Shown here one piece after another: positions 38,809-57,199 of a stretch of DNA of 64,000 nt. Position 1 is the stretch's first letter, and every line of letters begins with the position of its first letter. The notes beneath the pieces were generated by a model. It had not been told where the DNA came from. It saw nothing but the letters and a program-made list of their open reading frames with translations, and made no database searches. The position numbers were made by a program, and so were the translations under genes. Location: assembly GCF_009914755.1 (NCBI RefSeq), contig NC_060928.1; one strand, written 5' to 3'. The DNA is from the human T2T-CHM13v2.0 reference genome, Homo sapiens.

Positions 38809-39830
38809 ATGGGGAGAAAACAGAGCAGAAAAGCTGAAAATTCTAACAATCAGAGTGCCTCTTCTCCTCCAAAGGATCATAGCTCCTCACCAGCAATGCA
38901 ATGAAGCTGGATGGAGAATGACTTTGATGAGTTGACAGAAGTAGGCTTCAGAAGGTCGATAATAACAAACTTCTCTGAGCTAAAGGAGGATGCTTGAACC
39001 CATCTCAAGGAAGCTTAAAACCTTGAAAAAAAATTAGACAAATGGCTAACTAGAATAAACAGTGTAGAGAAGACTTTAAATGATCTGATGGAGCTGAAAA
39101 CCATGGCACAAGAACTTTGTGACGCATGCACAAGCTTCAATAGTGAAATCGATCAAGTGGAAGAAAGGGTATCAGTGATTGAATATCAAATTAATGAAAT
39201 AAAGTGAGAAGACAAGGTTAGAGAAAAAAAGACTAAAAGAAAATGAACAAAGCCTCCAAGAAATATGAGACTATGTGAAAAGACCAAATCTACATTTGAT
39301 TGGTACCTGAAAGTGATAGGGAGAATGGAACCAAGTTGGAAAACACTCTTCAGGGTATTAGCGAGGAGAACTTCCCCAACTTAGCAAGGCAGGCCAACAT
39401 TCAAATTGAGGAAATACAGAGAACACCACAAAGATACCCCTTGAGAAGAGCAACCCCAAGACACATAATTGTCAGATTCACCAAGGTTGAAATGAAGGAA
39501 AAAGTGTTAGCAGCAGCCAGAGAGAAAGGTTGAGTCACCCACAAAGGGAAGCCCATCAGGCTAACAGCAGATCTCTCGGCAGAAACCCTACAAGCAGGAA
39601 GAGAGTGGGGGCCAATATTCAACATTCTTAAAGAAAAGAATTTTCAACCTACAATTTCATATCCAGCCAAACTAAGCTTCATAAGTGAAGGAGAAATAAA
39701 CCCCTACAGACAAGCAAATGCTGAGAGATTTTGTCACCACCAGACCTGCCCTAAAACAGCTCCTGAAGGAAGCACTAAACATGGAAAGAAACAACTGGTA
39801 CCAGCCACTGCAAAAATGACCCAATTGTAA
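38809..39830 (+). pseudogene. L1 ORF1p, disrupted
   Basis: ATGGGGAGAAAA start. Fragment ENFPNLARQANIQIEEIQRTPQRY..RHIIVRFTKVEMKEK. Internal stops and frameshifts. Confidence 0.93.
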
Positions 39831-39893
39831 AGACCATTGATGCTATGAAGAAACTGCATCAATTAACAGGCAAAATAACTAGCAAACATCATA

Positions 39894-43704
<3,811 letters not shown>

Positions 43705-45074
43705 ACAATGAGATCACTTGGACACAGGGCGGGGAAAATCACACACTGGGGCCTGTCAGGGGTTGAGGCCCTGGGAGAGGGATCTCATTAGGAGAAATAC
43801 CTAATGTAAATGATGGGTTGATGGGTGCAGCAAACCAACATGGCACATGTATACCTATGTATCAAACCTGCACGTTGTGCACATGTACCCTAGAACTTAA
43901 AGTATAATAAAAAGAAAAAGAAAAGAAAATTAGGCTCCACTTGTTCATTCACTGACTGATGGTGAAATAGCCAAAATGATCCTGAGTCAAAGTGATTGTA
44001 GTAATAGTGATAATGAAGATGACATTTAACAGTGATAACCACTGCAGAAGTGCCTGTAGGTTAATTACATGGTCAAATATATAATGAGCTTATTGAAGGA
44101 CTAGGGCAGTATGCATTCATAACAAAACAAGAAATCATATTAGTTTATAAAATCAAAGAGAGACTTTGACAACAAATACAATTGTTAATAAGGCAAATGA
44201 CTTTGGAGGAAACATTTTTAAATGCCTTCTGGCTGAATGCCTCCTCAACTCTAAATGATCCACCTCCTTGTCCCTCAACTGCTTCTGATGTTTTTTCTCA
44301 CCTAAAAAAAATACATTGTATAGTATCCTGTTAATAAAAACACAGTATTATAGGTGGAGACTAAAATCCTTTTGTTGTTTGCAGTTGCTGTTATTTAACA
44401 GCTAATACAGGTATTCTGGTGATGCAACTGTGTTGCTTAGCTAAGCTGAACACATTATTTTTTCACTGGATTAATGGTATGTCAACTTGTTTACTGTTAA
44501 GTACTTATGTGCAAATAAGTGTGAGAAAAATGACTGCTTATCAGTAGCCTATAAATTCAGAGTCAGCAATGATGGTGATGTGGATAACCACAGATTGTTT
44601 GCATAGATGGCTGAGATAGGGATGCTTTTGCTTCCTGATGGTTTAATATACACAAATGTTGTTTTATGTGTAAAATTATTTAAAATATTGTGTAAATTAC
44701 TTTTAGGTATGTATAAAATGTTTATATGTAATATAAGTGAATTTTATGCTTAGACTTGTATCCTCTCCCAATGTATCTCATTATGTACGTGCAAGTATTC
44801 CAAAATCCAAAAAAAAATTCAAACTTGGAAGCACTTCTGGTCCTAAGCATTTGAGATGAGAGATACTCAACCTGTACCATGTTTTCTTTATCCATTTATT
44901 TGTTGATGGGTATGAAGAATTGTTTTCCTCTTTTAACTGTTGTGAATAATATTGCAATGAACATGGGAGTGCAGATATCTCTTTGACGTACTGATTTCAA
45001 GTCTTAAGATATAAACCCAGAAATAGGATTGCTGAATCATATTGTAATTGCATTTCTCCTTTTTTGAAGACCTC

Positions 45075-45437
45075 TGTATTAGTTCATTTTCATGCTGCTG
45101 ATAAAGACATACCTGAGACTGGGAAGAAAAATAGGTTTACTTGGACTTACAGTTCCACATGGCTGGGGAGGCCTCAGAATCATGGTGGGGGGCCAAAGGA
45201 ACTTCCTCCATGGTGGTGGCAAGAGAAAATGAGACAGTGAGACAGATGCAAAAATGGAAAGCCCTGATAAAACCATCAGATCTCGTGAGACTTATTCACT
45301 ACCATGAGAACAGTATGGTAGAAACTGCCACCATCATTTAAATTATCTCCTACTGGGTCCCTCCCACAACACGTGGGAATTATGGGAGTACAATTCAAGA
45401 TGAGATTTGGGTGGGGACACAGAGCCAAACCATATCA
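45075..45437 (-). mobile_element. THE1C-like solo LTR
   Basis: tgtattagttcattttcatgctgctgataaagacatacctgagactgggaagaaaaa..aaaccatatca. TSD ACCTC/GCCTC. Confidence 0.93.
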
Positions 45438-45466
45438 GCCTCCATAAATTTTTCTATAATGGCTGT

Positions 45467-45827
45467 TGATATGATTTGGCAATGTGTCTCCACCCAAATT
45501 TCAGCTCAAGTTATAATTTCCAGGGGTTGAGAGAGAGACATGGTGGGAGGTGACTGGATCATTAGGGTGGTTTTCCCCATGCTGTTCTTGTGATAGTGAG
45601 TGTGTTCTCATGAGACCTGAAGTTGCTATAAGGGGCTCTTGCCCCTCCGCTTCCTCTCATTTGCTGCCATGTAAAAAGTGCCTGCTTCTCCTTTCACCAC
45701 GATTGTAAGTTTCCTGAGGCCTCCCTAGCCATGCAGAACTGTGAGCCAATTAAACCTCTTTTCTTATATTAATAAATTGCCCAGTCTCTGGTAGTTCTTT
45801 ATAGCAGTATAATAATGGACTAATACA
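45467..45827 (+). mobile_element. THE1D-like solo LTR
   Basis: tgatatgatttggc..ccacccaaat..gattgtaagtttcctgaggcctccc..ggactaataca. TSD GCTGT/GCAGT. Confidence 0.9.
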
Positions 45828-46099
45828 GCAGTACTAATTTACGTTTATACCAAAAGTGTACAAGAGTTCCTTTTCCTTCATATTCTTGCAAACGCTTGCT
45901 GTTATCTTTTTGATACTAGCCATTCTGACAAGTGTTATGTGATCCCATTGTAGTTTTAAGTTGTACTTCTCTAATGATTAGTGATATGGAGCATCTTTTT
46001 CATATATCTTTTGAGAATTTACTTGTCTTCTTTTGAGAAATATCTATTCAGGTCCTTTGCTCATTTTTCATTTTTTTTTTTTTTTCGCTATTGACATAT

Positions 46100-47405
46100 T
46101 GTGTCCGAAATTGGTGGGTTCTTGGTCTTAATGACTTCAAGAATGAAACCACGGGCCCTCACGGTGAGCGTTACAGTTCTTAAAGATGGTGTGTCTGGAG
46201 TTTGTTCCATCTGATGTTTGGACGTGTTTGGAGTTTCTTCCTTCTGGTGGGTTCCTGATCTCGCTGGCTTCAGCAGTGAAGTTGCAGACCTTCACGGTGA
46301 GTGTTACAACTCATAAAGGCAGTGCGGACCCAAACAGTGAGCAGCAGCAAGATTTACTGCGAAGAGTGAAAGAACAAAGCTTTCACACTGTGGAAGGCAT
46401 CCAGAGCAGGTTGCCGCTGCTGGCTTGGGCAGCCTGCTTTTATTCCCTTATCTGGCCCCACCCACATCCTGCTGATTGGTCCATTTTACAGAGAGCTGAT
46501 TGGTGTGTTTTACAGAGAGCTGATTGGTCCATTTTGACAGGGTGCTGATTGGTGCGTTTACAATCCCTGAGCTAGACACAAAAGTTCTCCAAGTCCCCAC
46601 TAGATTAGCTAGACACAGAGCACTTATTGGTGCATTTACAAACCTTCAGCTAGATACAGGGTGCTGATTGGTGTGTTTACAATCCTTTAGCTAGACATGA
46701 AGGTTCTCCAAGTCCCCACTAGATTAGCTAGACACAGAGCACTGACTGGTGCATTTACAAACCTTGAGCTAAACACAGGGTGCTGATTGGTGTATTTATA
46801 AACCTTTAGCTAGACATAAAAGTTCTCCAAGTCCCCACCCGATGCAGGAGCCCAGCTGGCTTCGTCTAGTGGATCCCATGCCAGGGCCGCAGGCAGAACT
46901 GCCCGCCAGTCCCGCGCTGCGTGCCTGCACTCCTCAGCCCTTAGGCGGTCAATGGGACCAGGCGCTGCAGAGGTTTGGGCTGCACAGGAGCCTACCACAG
47001 TGGGTGGCTCAGGCATGGCAGGCTGCAGGTCCCGAGCCCTGCCCAGCGGGGAGGCAGCTGAGGCCCCGGTGAGAATTCAAGTGCGGCACCAGCCAGCCGG
47101 CACTGAAGGGGGACCCCGCATACCCTCCACAGCTGCTGGCCCGGGTGCTAAGCCCCTCACTGCCTAGAAGTCACGCTGGCCCGCCAGAGCTGCATGCAGC
47201 CCGGGTTCCCGCCCACGCCTCTCCCTCCAAACCTCCCCACCTCCCCACAAACAGAGGGAGCCAGCTCTGGCCTCCGCCAGCCCAGAGAGAGGCTCCCACG
47301 GTGCAGCAGTGGGCTGAATGGCTCCTCAAGTGTGGCCAGAGCGGACGCTGAGGCTGAGGAGGTGCTGATAGCAAGTGAGGGCTGCTAGCACATTGTCACC
47401 TCTCA
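46100..47405 (-). mobile_element. LTR12 (HERV9; LTR12C-like) solo LTR, 1306 bp
   Basis: tgtgtccg..ttggtgggttcttggtct at the left and gtcacctctca at the right. 4-bp TSD ATAT (46096-99, 47406-09). About 120-bp internal tandem repeats and a GC-rich U3. Confidence 0.96.
46430..46840 (-). promoter_or_regulatory. LTR12 CCAAT (NF-Y) repeat array and AATAAA-type TATA element
   Basis: Seven ATTGG motifs between about 46475 and 46790. ttttattc at about 46438-46445 reads GAATAAAA on minus. Known ERV9 promoter architecture; activity not shown here. Confidence 0.7.
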
Positions 47406-48074
47406 ATATAAATTTCTTATGTATTTGGGATATTAATGCTTTATCAGATATATGGTTTACAAGTATGTTCTCTCAATCTGTAGGTTGTCTTTTCACTCTT
47501 AATTATTTTTTTTACTGTATAGAGACTTTTTAGTTTGATGTAATTCCATTTGTCCATTTTTGCTTTTGTTGCCTGAGCTTTTTGGAGTCAAATTTTTTAA
47601 AAAAATTATTGCACAGACCAGTGTTGTGTAGTTTTCCCTTATGTTTTCTGCTGGTATTATTACAGTTTCAGGTTTTATGTTTAAACATTCATCCCTTTTG
47701 AGTTAATTTTTGTTATGATGTAGAAGAAGCATCCAATTCCATTTTTTCTGCTTGTGTATATCTAGTTTTCTCAACAGCCTTTATTGAAAATACTGTTCTT
47801 TTCATTGTGTGGTATTGGTACTTTTGTTGAGAATCTATTGACCATAAAAGCGTGGATTTATTTCTGGGCTCTTTATTCTGTTCCACTGATCAGTGTGTCA
47901 ATTTTGATGATAGTACCATGCAATTTTAGTTACTATAGCTGTGCAGTATAGCTTGAAGCCAGGTAGTGTGATGTCTCCAGCTTTGTTCTTTTTTGATCAA
48001 GATTGCTTTATTTGTTGATTTTATGGTTCCATATGAATTTTTGAATTGTTTATTCCTATTTTGGTGAAAAATGA

Positions 48075-48425
<351 letters not shown>

Positions 48426-48684
48426 TAGAATACTTTGGTTAGTATGCACATTGAGAAAATGTTAACCGTTCCAGTTCATAAACATGACACATCTTTCCCT
48501 TTATTTGTGTCTTCTTACATTTCTTCCATCAATGTTTTATGGAGGTCAGTGTGTAAATTTTTCACTTTTGTGGCTAAATATATTCCTGCATATATTTCCT
48601 TGAGAGTTTTTATCATGAAAGAATGCTGAATATGTCAAATGTTTTTCTGCTTCTAATGAGATGACTGTAAGATTTTTATCCTTC

Positions 48685-49115
<431 letters not shown>

Positions 49116-49265
49116 TTAAAAGATTTTTGCATCTATATTTATGAGAAATATTGGCCTGTACTTTCTTTTTCTTGAGTCTTTCTTTGGTTTTAGTATCAAG
49201 GTAATTCTGGTATCATAAAGAGCTCAGAAGTATTTCCTCTATTTCAAGTTTTTGGAATAGTTTGA

Positions 49266-49606
<341 letters not shown>

Positions 49607-52600
49607 TGATAGGATTCACCTCTGAAGCCATCAGATGCTGGGCTTTTATTAGATGGAAGAGTTTTTTATTACTGATTCCACTTTACTTGTTAAAGTTCTG
49701 TTCAGATTTTTTATTTCTCCTTGATTCACTGTTGGTAGGCTCTGTATATGTATATATTTAACTATTTCTTCCAGGTTATTCAGTTTGTTGACTTATAATT
49801 GTTCACATTAATCTCAGTTTTTGTATTTCTGTGGTATCAGTTGTTATATCTTTTTTCTCATTTCTCATTTTATTAATTTGTTTCTCTCTTTTCTCTTAGT
49901 CTACTAAGTGTTGATTTTATTTAATTTTTCAAAAGTCAAATCATGGGTTTTTTTTTCTATTGTTTACTTAATTTTTTCTTTTTTGGTATAGGCATTTATT
50001 GCTATAAATTTTCCTTTAGGTCTGCTTTTACTTTATCTTGTATATTTTGTTATGTTGCTTTTTTCATTTTCATTTGTCTCAATATATTTTTTATTTCCCA
50101 TTTGGCTTCTTTTTGACCCATTGATTATTCAGTAACATATTCTTTAATTTCTATGTATTTGTAAATTATGCAAGATTTCTCCTGTTACTGATTTCTAGTT
50201 CATATCATTATGATAAAAAATTTTGATATGATTTCAATCCTCTTAAATTTATAAGACTTGTTTTGTGCCCGAACATATGATCTATCCTAGAGAAAGTTCC
50301 ATGTGCCCTTGAGAAAAATGTGTATTTTTTTTTTTGCTATTGGATGGAATTTTTTGTATATGTCTTCTAGGTCCATTTGATCTAAAGTATATTCAAATCC
50401 AAAGTTTCCTTTTTAATTTTCTATCTGAAAGATCTGTTCACTGTTGAAAATGGAATATTGCAGTCCACTGCCATTATTGTATTGTAGTCTATCTCTCCCT
50501 TCAGTTCTGTTAATATTTGCTTTAAGTACTCCAATGTTGGGTGCAAATTTATTACAATTGTTATATCCTTTTAATGAACTGACCCCTTTTTCCTCACATA
50601 ATAACTCTGTCTTGTTTTATAGTTTTTGGCTTAATATCTATTGTGTCTGATATAAATACATCTACCTCTGCTCTCTGTTGATTTTCATTTGCATGAAATA
50701 TCCTTTTTCATTCTTTCACTTTCAGTCTATGTGCATCTTTAAAGGTGAGGTAACTCTCTTGCAGGCAACTTATAGTAGGGTCTTTTAAACAAAATCCATT
50801 CAGCCACTCTATGCCTTTTAATTGGATAATTTAATCCATTTAACATTCAAAACTATTATTTTCAGGTAAAGACTTACTACTACCATTTCATGATTTGTTT
50901 TCTGGTTGTTTGGAATATAGTTTGTTTTTTTTCTTTCATGCTACCTTCCTTTGTGCTTTGATAGTTTTTTGGTTTGATGGTTTGATGGTTTTTGTAAGTA
51001 TGCTTTGAATTCTTTCTATTTATATTTTGCACATCTATAGATGTGCTATTATGAGGCTTACATTAAGTATCTCAGACTTAGGCTATTTCAAGCTAAACAC
51101 CACTTAACTTTGATCATATCTAACAACTCTTTCTTTTTATTTTCCCTTAATTTGATTTTTGATGTCAATATTACATAATTTTATCATTTGTTTTTCATAA
51201 TTTATTTTGCCATAGTTTTTAGCAGTTTTATCCTTTAACCAGTATACTAGAATTAAAATTCCTTTACATACCACCATTTCAGACATAGAGTATTTGACTA
51301 TGAATATATGTTACTTGTATCATTGATTTTTGTATTTTTGTACATTTTATGTTATTAATTAGTGAAATAATTTTTGTTTTTGTTTTTGTTTTTCAGCTTT
51401 GAGAACTAGATTAAGTAATTCCTGCAAGGCAAACCAAGTGATGATGAGCTCTCTCAGCTTCTGTTTGTCTGATAAACTTTCTATTCTCTCTCACTTCTGA
51501 AGGAAAGCTTTGCCAGGTAAACTATTCTTGGTTTACAGATTTAGTTTTCCTTTAGTAACTTGAATTATCATCCCAGTTTCTCCTGGCCTGCAGTATTTCT
51601 GCTGAGAAATCTGCTGATAACTGCACTGGGACTCCCTTTATATGGTATGTTCCTTATCTTTTGCTGCTTTCAGAATTATTCTTTGTCTCTCATTTTTGAT
51701 AGTTTGATTACTATGCCTTGATAAACTCTTCCTTTCATTGAATTTACTGGAGATGTCTATACTTCTTCTATCTGAATGATGGCATTTTCCCCTAGATTTG
51801 AGAAGTTTTTAGCTATTAGTTTTAAAAATATAATTTTTGGCTCTTTTTCTCTCCCTCTTCTCCTTCAGGTAATTCTATTAAGTGAATGTTAAGTGCTCTG
51901 GATGGTGTGCCATAAATTCATAGGCTTTCTGTTTTCTTTTTCATTCTTTTTTCTTTTTGCTCCTCTGACTGAATAATTTCAAATGTTTCTGTCAAATTTC
52001 AGTCTTGAGCTCAATGACTTTTCCTTCTGCTTGATCAAACCTTCTGTTGAAGCTATTACATTTTTTAGTTCAGTCATTGTGTTCATCTCCAGGATTTCTA
52101 TTTTTACTGTTTCAATTTTTTTCCAGTGCTTCATTTTATTTGTGACTGATTTCCAAGTTTTATTTACCTTTCCATATATTTTTATATCTTTTAAATTCAC
52201 TGAACTTCCCTAAGAGAACTGTTATTGTCATTTATTTTATAGATCTTAAAACTGTTTTTGTAATTATTTTATAGATGTTCATTTCTTTAGAGGCCACCAT
52301 CTTTTGAAGATGGCATGATTCCATGATTCTTTATAATCTTTATGTTTTTACATTAGTATATGTGCATTTGAGGAGACATCCACCTCTTTTAGTCCTTACA
52401 GACATTTTTGGCAAGGCTATACCTTTACTATTAATTCTAGTATTTGATTCTAGATGGGCCAACTGATAATGGCACCAGGTAGGCAGAGCTTGCTGTTGGG
52501 TTCTCTAGCTTGCTGAGCCACCACCTTTGCTCTGAGGTCAGATGTGGCTGCTAGCTGAGCTTTGCTGTCTCATGAGACCATTGACTACATTCTGCAATTA

Positions 52601-54157
52601 GAGCTACTGGTTAGACACTGAAATTGCCTCTAATAGTGACAGAATGCATGACATATTTCTTAGTACAGTGGTACTGCCATTTGAGTTCTTAAATTTGAGC
52701 AGGGAGGCAGATTAGATCCTGAGGTTAAGCAGAATTACTGCTTGGTATAATTGAGACCACCTGCTATGCTCAGTAGAAAGGCATGGTTGAGGTTTGCCTT
52801 TTTGCCTGGGTAAAGCCTTTGAGTGGTATTTGAAAATGAGCTGAGCTGCTATTTGAAGGCCCAGGTGGCACAAGTCTAGCCCCTGTGCTTTACTGAAAAG
52901 TACTGTTTCAGGCTGTGGCGTCTTGAGGTGGACTTCAATGCTGAGCCAAGCCAGCATTTAAATCCCTGGATGGCACAAGTTTATATTCAGTGCTTTGGTG
53001 AAATACTCTGTGGCAGGCATCTCCTTCTCTGGGCCAGAACTTGGGATATGGTATGAGGCTAGGCGTGGAAGCTAGTAGTCTAGAAATTCAAGCCAGATTG
53101 AACTTTTCGCTATATTTCTGTAAGTGACCAGCTTGTCCTTGTGCGTGGGCTATGTCACCATATTTCTGATTTGACACCTCTGCTAGCAGTAACATGGAGC
53201 TACCACCAAGATGTGCATGCTAGTCACTTTGAGCAGTGCCTCCTTTCTTTGTTTTTATCTGACCACAGGCAGTTTAGCCAGGCTGTTACCCTCTGTGTTT
53301 CCTGTAAGGTGAGATTGAAGTGGGATTCCTGAGAGGCCCCTTGGAATGCTAGGGAAGTTGGATGTCTGTTTCCAATTTTCTTTTACCCCTGTCTAAACCA
53401 TGGACACTGGAGAATTTCCTTGTGAGGCATTGTGTCAACTTGAGGGAGTGGGAGGGGCAACAAAGTCGAAGTGAAACCATTTTTCTTACTCTTCTAATGT
53501 GGTTTTTATTCAGTTCTGTGATCCATGTGGGCATCTCAGGCCTATTTCTAAGTTTTGGGGTTTTCACCGAAGCATTCTTGTCTGTGTATGGTTGTTAGTT
53601 GAACTTTCTGTGGTGGAGAGAGAAACATGGGGTTTCCTATCCCATCACTTTGCTGATGTTACTTCCCAGGTAATCTCTATTTTTAAATATTTATCTTATA
53701 ATCTTAATTTAAATTGTTACCATTGTTTTACAAATAGAAACACACTTAAAAGTATAATTTTAAAAATAATTTTTCTGAGCATATTGAGGGTGACGTGATT
53801 TATTTCTTGGAAACAGATTGGTAAGATACTGGCAGAGCAACAGATAAAGTCCAGGCTGATAGGATAGGACCATATGCAGAGTCCGTAAAGGAGAATTAGA
53901 TGATTTCTTCTAGGTTTATGAACACATACATTCTTATCCCAAAACCTATTGCCACCAGCTTCATTGTTAAGATGTTGAGATAAAGACAGCATCATCTTCA
54001 CTCTCTCTACTTTCTATTTCTAGTTGCCCTTAATACTTATTTTATATTTCTTAATTGTTTCTATTATGGAAACATACATAATCATAGGAGAAGTAGCCAT
54101 AGAAATAGAAAAGCCATGTGATTTGTCTTGGTCACTGAACCCTCATTTTAATGATCC

Positions 54158-54435
<278 letters not shown>

Positions 54436-55944
54436 AAGCTGCTTATTTTGATCACATAGAACTCTGTTTTGTGAGATCGTATGAGAATAATAGGGCTTGC
54501 TTTAAACATGTTGAGTTTATATTGCTGTAGCCAATGAATAAAAAAAGTAGCAAAAGAGTTTAACAAAACCCTTTTTTAATACACATTTACCAGGGTAATA
54601 TAAAATCTCTGCGTATTTGCCTTGAAAATTAGATATTTGAGATGATTTATAATAATGTTCACAATAATTATTTAACTTGTTAAACTTATTTTTGAATTTT
54701 TGTTAAACATAAAAGCCATTTACAAAAATACTGTACAATAACCTGTATGTGTCAGAAAGAAGTGACATATAAAGAGAAGAACAGACTTTAGAATATTTGC
54801 ACTTCTTATTCTTTATCATCTTGGACTTTTGGGCAATGTACTACAGTTCTTGCATTCTCATTTTTATGTGGTATCTTATGTTAGAAGAGTATTAATCTGA
54901 GTAGTGTATTTCCATTGCTTTGGCCCTAGAGGTGATTAGTCAAACGAAAAAGCCATTAGTTAACTATTGCAAAATTCTCTGGGAAAGGTTAACAATATAA
55001 TATTGCCATTTCCTTAAATATTTGTTAACCATAAACAGAAATAATCCAACCACCTTACTTCAACTGTGAATGTATCCACAGAATGCTTTCACTGGGAGTT
55101 TTGGATGTTCTAAATTTTTCATATACCAAAACTTAGGTCTTTGTATGAAAATCAGGAATCCTTACAGACCTGCGAATACTGGCTGATTGGCCTGATTTCA
55201 TCCTCACTGTGAAGTATATATCCATAGCCATGAATTAAGCACTGTGAATGTGATAAACTGAGTTTCTACTGTAATTAAAAAGACCAGCATGACATTGTGT
55301 TACTATAATGCATGCTGACACCCAACCCATTAATGTTTCCTTTATTCTTCCTCCATCCCAGGGTTTCATTCATTTTAAAGCTAACAGAAAAACAACAGAT
55401 TTTTATAATTAAGTTCCTGAGAAACCATGATAAATACAGCATTACACATACTGTCGATGATATTTTGGATTTTGTAAGACACCAGAGATCAAAACATGCC
55501 AAATTGGACTTCTTGTCATTGTCTATACAAACAAAACTCACAGACATCAAAGCCACTATGACCATGCTGCTGATGCAAGGACTGGTGAGTGCAAGAAAGT
55601 TTGTATTTGGAACCATCTCTATCTTACACTTTTCAAAGTAAGATAACCTAGGTACTTCCTACTTAAAACTCACATGTCAATATGTTTTTGTGCTTCTCAA
55701 AACCTTCCTGGGCTAAGGCACATGGAGCAAATGTTAATTTGCTCAAGAGTCCTGTCCTTTGCCTGTGTTTGTTACCATTAAACTATGACATGGGCATCAT
55801 GGCTTCTCCTGAAGTCATTGTTTATGCTTTCATCATATTATTCTCCCTTGCAAATGCTATTGTTCCTGAGTATAATAAATCACCGGATTTCCTTATCGCA
55901 AGCTTGTTTGCCTTTCTTACTTGCTTTCTCTGTTATCTAATATT

Positions 55945-56200
55945 TTAGTAATAATAACAACTACTTTCCATTGAGTAGTTCATTTGTGTCAGGCCCTAAG
56001 CTAAACACTTTATGTTCATAATGATATTGAAGCAACATTACAAACTTATAAATCCTGTTAACAACCCCATATTTTAGATAAAGAAAAGAGGCTCAGAGAG
56101 GTTAAGTCGCTTACTCCAAGTCACACAGCTAGAGAGAAACCGATCAAGCTGTGAGCTTTGAGGTTCTAACCCAATGTGTCTAGTTCCCAAGTGTGTCCTC
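55945..56200. mobile_element. MIR
   Basis: Core ccccatattttagataaagaaaagaggctcagagaggttaagtcgcttactccaagtcacacagct. Confidence 0.85.
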
Positions 56201-56319
56201 AAAGCCATCAAACTTTTCTTCTTCCTATTATATTCAGTTGGTCACAGAACTTTATTGCTATTTTTAAAAATATGAATATCTTCATTTCCATTCTTCCTTT
56301 CAACTATTTCAGCTTAAAT

Positions 56320-56631
56320 TATTTCATTTATTTATTTATTTTTGAGACAGATTCTCACTCTGTTGCCTAGGCTGGAGTGCAGTGGTGCTATCATAGCTAC
56401 CTGCAGCCTCAACTTTCTGGGCTCAACTGATCCTCTCACCTCAGACTTCCAAGTAGCTGGGACTACAGCGTGTGCCACCACATCTGGCTAATTTTTGTAC
56501 TCTTTTTTGGTAGAGATGGGGTTTTACCATGTTGGCCAGGCTGGTCTCAAACTCCTGACCTCAAGTGATCCTCCTTCTTCGGCCTCCCAAAGTGCTAGGA
56601 TTACAGACATGAGCCACCATCGTGCCTGGCC
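56320..56631 (-). mobile_element. Alu (J-type right arm, partly S-type left arm)
   Basis: Full dimer with TSD CAGCTTAAAT on both sides. Confidence 0.92.
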
Positions 56632-57199
56632 ACAGCTTAAATGATTTTAAAATCTTGCAGTCATATCCTTAAATACTTGTTGTTGTCCTACAATATGACA
56701 TTTAAACAGATTAGTTACTGTCACTAAATACTTCCAAAATGATAAATAAAATGTCAGATTAACCATGCAAATTTTAGTCAGCTTAAGTAATTTTTAATAA
56801 AGTGAGAAATTGCAGAATGGTATACCTTAATTCCTGGGAAAAATTTAGCATCATGTTTTTAAATGAACGACAGATGTTTTTAAAGTATCTATCTTGTTAT
56901 TTGCAGCTAGTTTATAATATCTAAATATAGATCTCAAAATAGACATTTTAACTATTCAATGTAACTAGTTCTCTTTGAAATCTACTTTTCCGTGCATCAT
57001 TTCACTCAAAGCAGAGAGCTCATTTTCAGTCAGGTATAATTTTATTACTATGCCCCTTTGGGGGGCACCGAAAAGATAATCAAGATAAATGATGTTTTTT
57101 ATCATTTTTAATATTTTTTCTTAAAAAAATCAAGTTGACATACCATAACCTGTGGGCCATCTACCTATTTTTATAAAGAGAGTTTCATTGGAACCAGAG

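Noticed and set aside
38365-38880. 171-aa antisense ORF in the L1 5'UTR, and a possible ORF0
   Set aside because: Antisense open frames here are a generic L1PA property. The ORF0 start codon appears mutated (about 38205-38220 reads ggggtgtccgtaattg instead of ..cgccattg).
46470-46840. CRISPR-like repeat array
   Set aside because: These are the standard LTR12 U3 tandem repeats with no unique spacers, in eukaryotic DNA with no cas genes.
46810-47388. CpG-island promoter with overlapping GC-rich ORFs
   Set aside because: Lies entirely within LTR12; the ORFs reflect low stop-codon frequency in GC-rich DNA.
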